From contig JAKAJL010000009.1 in the NCBI GenBank assembly GCA_021813805.1, positions 27,594-91,593 of the forward strand: a stretch of DNA of 64,000 nt, in the 5' to 3' direction. Of the stretch, positions 58,946 through 64,000 are shown in pieces. The translations under genes were made by a program, and so were the position numbers. Positions within the stretch are counted from its first letter, which is position 1. Each line of letters opens with the position of its first letter. Origin of the DNA: Pseudomonadota bacterium. GTDB lineage: Bacteria; Pseudomonadota; Alphaproteobacteria; Rhizobiales; Beijerinckiaceae. The notes under the pieces are model-generated. The model worked only from the letters and a program-made list of their open reading frames with translations, was not told the DNA's origin and ran no database searches.

Positions 58946-61263
58946 GCGCGCGCCCGCCGCCGCGAGGCCTTCGCTGGCGATTTTTTGGCCTTCGCCCGCG
59001 CCGCCTTGGCTTTCAGCGCGGTGGCGCGGCCGACTCGCGGCTTGCCTTCGCTCAGCACTTCGAAGCGCAGCGCGCCGGCGAAAGGCGCGGCCTCGACCAG
59101 GCGCACCGTCACCGCGTCGCCGAGCTGAAAGCTCTCGCCCGAGCGCGCGCCGACCAGCGCCATATGCGCTTCCTCGAAGCGGAAATAATCCGCGCCGAGC
59201 GTTCCGGCCGGCACGAATCCGTCGGCGCCCGTCTCGCTCAATTTCACGAACAGGCCAGAGGGGGTGACGCCGGCGATGCGGCCGTCGAAACTCGCGCCGA
59301 TCTTGTCGGAAAGAAAGACCGCGATCAGCCGGTCGGCCGTCTCGCGCTCGGCGGCCATGGCGCGGCGCTCGCAAGCCGAAATCCGCGCCGCGATCTCGGC
59401 CAGATGCTCGCGGCTCATTTCGGGCAGGCCGCCAGGGCCGAGGTCGAGCGCCCGCACCAGAGCGCGATGGACGATCAGATCGGCATAGCGGCGGATCGGC
59501 GAGGTGAAATGGGCGTAGCGCCGCAGATGCAGGCCGAAATGGCCATAATTCTCCGCCACATATTCGGCCTGCGCCTGGGTCCGCAGCACGATCTCGTTGA
59601 CCACGTTCTCGTGCGCCGTGCCGCGCACCCTGTCGAGGATGGCGTTGAACTGCATGGGCTTGAGCACTTGGCCCTTGGCGAGCTTGATCCCGATCGTCGC
59701 CAGAAATTCCGAAAGCGCGTTGAGCTTTTCAACCGAAGGCTCGTCATGGGCGCGATAGATGAGATGCGACTTTTGCGCCTCAAGCGTCTCGGCGGCGGCG
59801 ACATTGGCGAGGATCATGAATTCCTCGATCAATTTATGGGCGTCGAGTCGCGGCGGCGTCAGCACCCGGTCCACCGTCCCGTCCGGCTTCAAGATAATCT
59901 TGCGCTCGGGCAGATCGAGATCGAGCGGCGAGCGTTTTTCGCGCGCGATCTTCGTCGCCTGATGGGCCCGCCACAGGGGCCTCAGAACCTCGTCGAGCAG
60001 CGGCGCGGTCGTCGCGTCCGGACGGCCGTCGACGGCGTCCTGCGCCTGCTGGTAGGAAAGTTTCGCCGCCGAGCGCATCATCACGCGATGAAAGCTGTGG
60101 TCGATCTTGCGGCCGTCCTTGCCGATCCGCATCCGGCAGGCCAGCGCCGGCCGGTCCTCGCCCTCGCGCAGCGAACACAGGTCGTTGGAAATGCGCTCGG
60201 GCAGCATGGGCACGACCCGATCGGGGAAATAGACCGAATTACCGCGATCGAGAGCCTCGCGATCGAGCGCGGCGCCCGGCCGCACATACCAGCTGACGTC
60301 GGCTATGGCGACGGTGATGACGAAACCGTTCGCGTTGTCCGGCGAGTCGTCGGGCGCGGCGTGGACGGCGTCGTCATGGTCCTTTGCGTCAGGCGGGTCG
60401 ATGGTGACCATCGGCAGCGAACGCCAATCCTCGCGAAGAAAGCCCTCCGCCTCGATCCGCGCCGGTTTGGCCCGTTCCGACGCCTCGATGGTCTCGGGCC
60501 GGAACACGTCCGGCAGGCCGTGGGCGTTGATGGCGATCAGGCTGATCGCCTTCTCGCTGCTCATCGAGCCCAGTCTTTCCCGCACTTTCGCCACCGGCAG
60601 GCCCAGCCGCCCTCGCGACAAGGTTTCGACGCTGACGAGATCGCCGTCGCGGGCTTCGCCACGGTCAGCCTCGGCGACGCGAAACTCCTTGTCGCGCAAT
60701 TTCTTTTCGACGGGAACGATGCGCCCGCCTCCGCCGCGCGGGTCCTCGCGGAATATGCCCAGCATGCGCCGCGCCGCGCGCGACAGAAGCTTGACCACCC
60801 TGCCCGAATAGCCTGGGCCGCCAGTCTCGCGCAAAGGCGCGACGCGCAGCAATGCGCGATCGCCGATCCCCGGCGCCGGATAGCCCGGACGCGGCTTTTT
60901 CGGCGCGAAAACGACAATGCGCGGCGCCGGTCCAAGGTCTTCCTCCCATTCGGCGGGCGCGGCGATCAGGTCGCCGTCGGGGTTGCGGGAGACGATGTCG
61001 GCGAGCACGATCTGCGGCAAGGCGCCCTTCTCGTGCAGGCCTTTGCGCGAGCGGCTGATCTCGCCCTCGATTTCCAGCTCCTTCAGAATCTTCTTCAGCA
61101 AAATCTTGTCGTCGCCGCGAATGCCGAAAGCGCGGGCGATTTCGCGTTTGCCGATCTTTGCGGGCGACGCTTCCCCCGAAGCCTGACGTTCGCGGGCGAT
61201 AAACGCGCGAATGTCCTCGCGGGACGGCATGGGGGGCTTTTGGGAGGCAGGTTTCTTCGTCAC
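58942..61263 (-). CDS. rnr: ribonuclease R
   Basis: The RNB motif is VTIDPPDAKDHDDAVH. A cold-shock-like N-terminal region, a C-terminal S1 domain (...GRIAGVTPSGLFVKL...) and a basic Lys/Ala tail are present. Confidence 0.95.
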   Translation of the reverse strand: MTKKPASQKPPMPSREDIRAFIARERQASGEASPAKIGKREIARAFGIRGDDKILLKKILKELEIEGEISRSRKGLHEKGALPQIVLADIVSRNPDGDLIAAPAEWEEDLGPAPRIVVFAPKKPRPGYPAPGIGDRALLRVAPLRETGGPGYSGRVVKLLSRAARRMLGIFREDPRGGGGRIVPVEKKLRDKEFRVAEADRGEARDGDLVSVETLSRGRLGLPVAKVRERLGSMSSEKAISLIAINAHGLPDVFRPETIEASERAKPARIEAEGFLREDWRSLPMVTIDPPDAKDHDDAVHAAPDDSPDNANGFVITVAIADVSWYVRPGAALDREALDRGNSVYFPDRVVPMLPERISNDLCSLREGEDRPALACRMRIGKDGRKIDHSFHRVMMRSAAKLSYQQAQDAVDGRPDATTAPLLDEVLRPLWRAHQATKIAREKRSPLDLDLPERKIILKPDGTVDRVLTPPRLDAHKLIEEFMILANVAAAETLEAQKSHLIYRAHDEPSVEKLNALSEFLATIGIKLAKGQVLKPMQFNAILDRVRGTAHENVVNEIVLRTQAQAEYVAENYGHFGLHLRRYAHFTSPIRRYADLIVHRALVRALDLGPGGLPEMSREHLAEIAARISACERRAMAAERETADRLIAVFLSDKIGASFDGRIAGVTPSGLFVKLSETGADGFVPAGTLGADYFRFEEAHMALVGARSGESFQLGDAVTVRLVEAAPFAGALRFEVLSEGKPRVGRATALKAKAARAKAKKSPAKASRRRARA

Positions 61264-61395
61264 CTCTGAAACATAGGATTTGTCGGTCCCGCCGTCATCC
61301 GCGAACTGTCTCGGCGCAAAGAAAATCCCTCACCCGTCGTGGGGAGGGTGGCGAGTGAAACGAGCCGGGTGGAGTTCCTGCCGCCGGCAAGCGGT

Positions 61396-61902
61396 TCACA
61401 GCCGCCTGCATATATCCATGGCGATGGCCTCAAAAGCCGCGGTGACGCCCTCGCCGGTCTTGGCGCTCGAAATCATCACATGTTCGGGGGCAAGGCCTCG
61501 GCAGTCGAATTTCGTCAGGTCGGGAACGCTGATATCGGTCTTGTTGACCACCGCCCGCACCGAACGGCCAGGCAAACGCGCCAGAAAATCGGCGGCGAGT
61601 TCGAACATCCTGTCGATGGTCGAAAGGCGCGAGGCGTCGGCGACCACCAGGGCGCCGGAAGCCCCGGCAAGATAGACCGATTTGAAAATATGCTGGCCGA
61701 AATCGCCGTCGGTGTCCCACAGCAGCAGGTTCGCGGCCACCGGGCCCGCCTCGGCGCTCAAGGTCAGCTGATGGGTCAGGATGTCAACGCCGATCGTGGT
61801 CTTGTAACCCGCATCGAACGTGCCGAACATTAGCCGCTTGGCGAGAGACGACTTCCCGACGCCGATATCGCCCATCAGCATCACTTTCGCCGAAAATTTC
61901 AA
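61396..61902 (-). CDS. Ras/Rab-like small GTPase (prokaryotic Ras-superfamily member)
   Basis: The G-motifs occur in Ras order: G1 GDIGVGKSS, G2 YKTTIGVD, G3 LWDTDG, G4 VVNKTD, G5 SSAKTG. TTG 61902 is preceded by GGAG at a suitable distance. 168 aa. Confidence 0.8.
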   Translation of the reverse strand: MKFSAKVMLMGDIGVGKSSLAKRLMFGTFDAGYKTTIGVDILTHQLTLSAEAGPVAANLLLWDTDGDFGQHIFKSVYLAGASGALVVADASRLSTIDRMFELAADFLARLPGRSVRAVVNKTDISVPDLTKFDCRGLAPEHVMISSAKTGEGVTAAFEAIAMDICRRL

Positions 61903-62186
61903 TTCTTTCGCTCCGCTTGCGGGACCGGTTTGAAGACAACACGCCGGTCGCGCCGGCTGTCCGGCCCGTTTTCGGCGGCAATCGGCGATTCGTCGCCGCG
62001 GCCTGCGGCGGCAAGTTTACGGGAATCAACGCCTTGTGCAACGAGCGCGGCGACGGCGGCGGCCCGCGCCGGTGAAAGCTCGATGTCGCGCCGGCTCGAC
62101 CTCTCACTGTCGGCATTGCCTGCGACCCTGTGAGCGTCGCCGCTTTCCCTCAGCGCGGCCTCCGGAGAAAGCCCGTCGAACGCCAT
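61899..62186 (-). CDS. short OmpA/MotB-like (peptidoglycan-binding-type) domain ORF, possibly degenerate; start uncertain (ORF open to 62336)
   Basis: ...RVAGNADSERSSRRDIELSPARAAAVAALVAQGVDSRKLAAAGRGDESPIAAENGPDSRRDRRVVF resembles the C-terminal two thirds of an OmpA-like domain (GHTD..G....N..LS..RA..V...L...GV...L...G.GE..P.......R..NRRV). I see no signal peptide or TM helix. Its TGA overlaps the GTPase TTG (TTGA). Confidence 0.4.
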   Translation of the reverse strand: MAFDGLSPEAALRESGDAHRVAGNADSERSSRRDIELSPARAAAVAALVAQGVDSRKLAAAGRGDESPIAAENGPDSRRDRRVVFKPVPQAERKN

Positions 62187-62422
62187 CCGTTCAGCCGAAT
62201 CCGGACTCCCCGCTCTTTTCCAAGGCCGAAAAAAAGGGCGCGGCAAGAAGCGGCGCCGCGAAGTTTGCGCGCTTTTGCGGCCTGCCTTCGCTGTTGTTGA
62301 TCTGGCCCGAAGCCGCTTGCCGCGCGCCGCGCCCATGCCTTAGCATGTCGATAATTACGAATCCGAATGTTTCCGCCCTTGTGGATTCGGGCCCGAAATC
62401 GCTCCCCAGCCGGAAAGAACGA

Positions 62423-63868
62423 ATGGCGCATAGTTTTGTGACCCGCAAGACCATCAAGGATCTGCGCGATTGGAGCGACGGCGCATCCCATGGCGCCGGC
62501 TTGACCCGCAGTCTCGGCGTGGTCTCGCTGACGGCGCTCGGCATCGGCGCGATCATCGGGGTGGGGATTTTCGTGCTCACCGGCGCGGCGGCGGCGCGCT
62601 ATGCCGGCCCAGCCGTGGTCCTGTCCTTCGCGCTGGCCGGATTCGCCTGCGCCGTAGTCGCCTTGTGTTATGCGGAACTGGCGGCGCTGATCCCGGTTTC
62701 GGGGAGCACCTATTCCTATGTTTATGCGGCGCTCGGCGAGATTTTCGCCTGGATGATCGGTTGGGACCTGGTGCTGGAATACGCGATGGCCGCGGCCACC
62801 GTCGCGGTGGGCTGGTCCGGCTATCTGGTCAGCCTGCTGGCGAATATCGGTCTGCGTCTGCCGCCGCAGTTCACCGCCCCGCCCGGCGCCGCAACCAGCA
62901 TTCCTGGCGTCGTCGGCTTGGTCAATGTTCCCGCCGCCGCGATCGTCGCCGTCATCACCGGGCTGCTCATCCTCGGGACGCGGGAATCGTCGCGCGTCAA
63001 CAATGTGATGGTCGGCTTCAAGCTCGCGGTGGTGCTGATCGTCATTGTCGCCGGCGGGCTTCATGTCGTCCCCTCCCATTGGACGCCGTTCATTCCGCCG
63101 AACGCCGGCGAATTCGGCCATTTCGGGTTCAGCGGCGTGCTGCGCGGCGCGGCGGTGGTGTTTTTCGCCTATATCGGCTTCGACGCCGTCTCCACCGCGG
63201 CGCAGGAGGCGCATGAACCGCAGCGCACAGTTCCCATCGGCCTGATCGCCTCGCTCGCCATTTGCACGGTTCTTTATATCGCCGTGGCGGCTGTTCTGAC
63301 CGGCGTGGCGTCCTACAAGACGCTCAACCGTCCGGATCCTATCTCCGCCGTCATCGACGCCGTCGGGATGCCCTGGCTCGCCATCGCCGTCAAGATCGCG
63401 ATCATCGCCGGCCTGACCACGGTCATTCTGGTCCTGCTTTTCGGTCAGGCCCGCATCCTTTACGCCATGTCCAAGGACGGTTTCCTGCCGGGTTTTTTCG
63501 CGCGCATCCATCCCCGCTTCCACACCCCGGCGGGCAGCCAGGCCGTGATCGGTCTGGCCGTCGCCATCGTCGCCGGGCTGTTTCCCATCGATCTGCTCGG
63601 CGAACTGGTGAGCATCGGCACGCTCGCGGCTTTCGCCCTCGTGTGCATGGCGATCATCTATCTGCGGCGCAGCCATCCCGACGCCCACCGCCCCTTCCGC
63701 GTTCCGGGCTCGCCGGCGCTTCCCATCGTCGGCGTGCTCGCCTGCCTCGGCCTCATGGCGGGCTTGCCCTGGCAGACCTGGGCGCGGCTGTTGGTTTGGC
63801 TGGTGATCGGCATGACGCTATATCTGACCTACGGCCATCGCCACGCGCGCAATGGCGAAAAGTCTTGA
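62423..63868 (+). CDS. APC-superfamily amino-acid permease (cationic amino-acid transporter-like)
   Basis: From ATG 62423: ...LTRSLGVVSLTALGIGAIIGVGIFVLTG...FALAGFACAVVALCYAELA...SGSTYSYVY. About 12 or more helices. The track ORF from 62036 has an implausible head. Confidence 0.9.
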   Translation: MAHSFVTRKTIKDLRDWSDGASHGAGLTRSLGVVSLTALGIGAIIGVGIFVLTGAAAARYAGPAVVLSFALAGFACAVVALCYAELAALIPVSGSTYSYVYAALGEIFAWMIGWDLVLEYAMAAATVAVGWSGYLVSLLANIGLRLPPQFTAPPGAATSIPGVVGLVNVPAAAIVAVITGLLILGTRESSRVNNVMVGFKLAVVLIVIVAGGLHVVPSHWTPFIPPNAGEFGHFGFSGVLRGAAVVFFAYIGFDAVSTAAQEAHEPQRTVPIGLIASLAICTVLYIAVAAVLTGVASYKTLNRPDPISAVIDAVGMPWLAIAVKIAIIAGLTTVILVLLFGQARILYAMSKDGFLPGFFARIHPRFHTPAGSQAVIGLAVAIVAGLFPIDLLGELVSIGTLAAFALVCMAIIYLRRSHPDAHRPFRVPGSPALPIVGVLACLGLMAGLPWQTWARLLVWLVIGMTLYLTYGHRHARNGEKS

Positions 63869-64000
63869 ACCAGATCGACCGGAGCAATATTATTTTTCTC
63901 TGTGTATCTGGCGACGCTTTAGACCCGCGAGCAAGTTGAAATGAAAACTTACTTTTGAGGGGGTTTTCTATGTTCAGCCTGAGTTATGCAATGCTTGTGG

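Noticed and set aside
63970-64000. Possible start of a low-GC gene (ATG after GAGGGGG; MFSLSYAMLV...) at the window edge
   Set aside because: Only 10 codons are visible, too few to support a feature.

Overview
The window looks like a high-GC alphaproteobacterial chromosome segment. Most 60-nt coding blocks I counted were 65-77% G+C. Gene content and order fit Hyphomicrobiales/Rhizobiales (smpB-dapA-slt, rlpA-dacC-tmk-holB, eno, guaA, rnr); this taxonomic placement is an inference. I can support about 55 protein-coding genes. I saw no rRNA, tRNA or CRISPR array, but I scanned by eye only, with no covariance models. Most genes are housekeeping: cell envelope (glmM, L,D-transpeptidase, slt, dacC, rlpA, dapA), nucleotide and replication functions (guaA, tmk, holB, UDG, rnr), and three scattered queuosine genes (queE, tgt, queF). 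The accessory or unusual parts are as follows. (1) A compositionally mosaic block at about 5.7-17.4 kb. It holds an AT-rich promoter region, a LuxR-type regulator, a NusG/RfaH-like paralog, a low-GC FkbM methyltransferase, a redoxin-like/2OG-oxygenase fusion and an IS630 remnant. It ends in a 1104-aa secreted protein with two beta-helix modules, a near-identical 561-bp tandem duplication, and its own type I secretion ABC/MFP pair. (2) A PPDK-like protein (ATP-grasp plus phospho-His swivel) with no PEP/pyruvate domain. It is translationally coupled to a 651-aa protein of unknown function, with a CYTH gene just upstream. This is my best candidate for an undescribed system. (3) A single-gene, lower-GC GIY-YIG nuclease insertion next to queF, which itself carries a 30% G+C patch. 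(4) A Ras/Rab-like small GTPase coupled to a minimal OmpA-like ORF. (5) A secreted Gly/Tyr/Trp-rich low-complexity protein. (6) Several small structural oddities: a T6-C9-A10 hairpin, 18-nt triplicated repeats and long ORF-poor spacers. Many long ORFs in the six-frame track are Arg/Gly/Asp-rich antisense shadows or N-terminal over-extensions and were not called.
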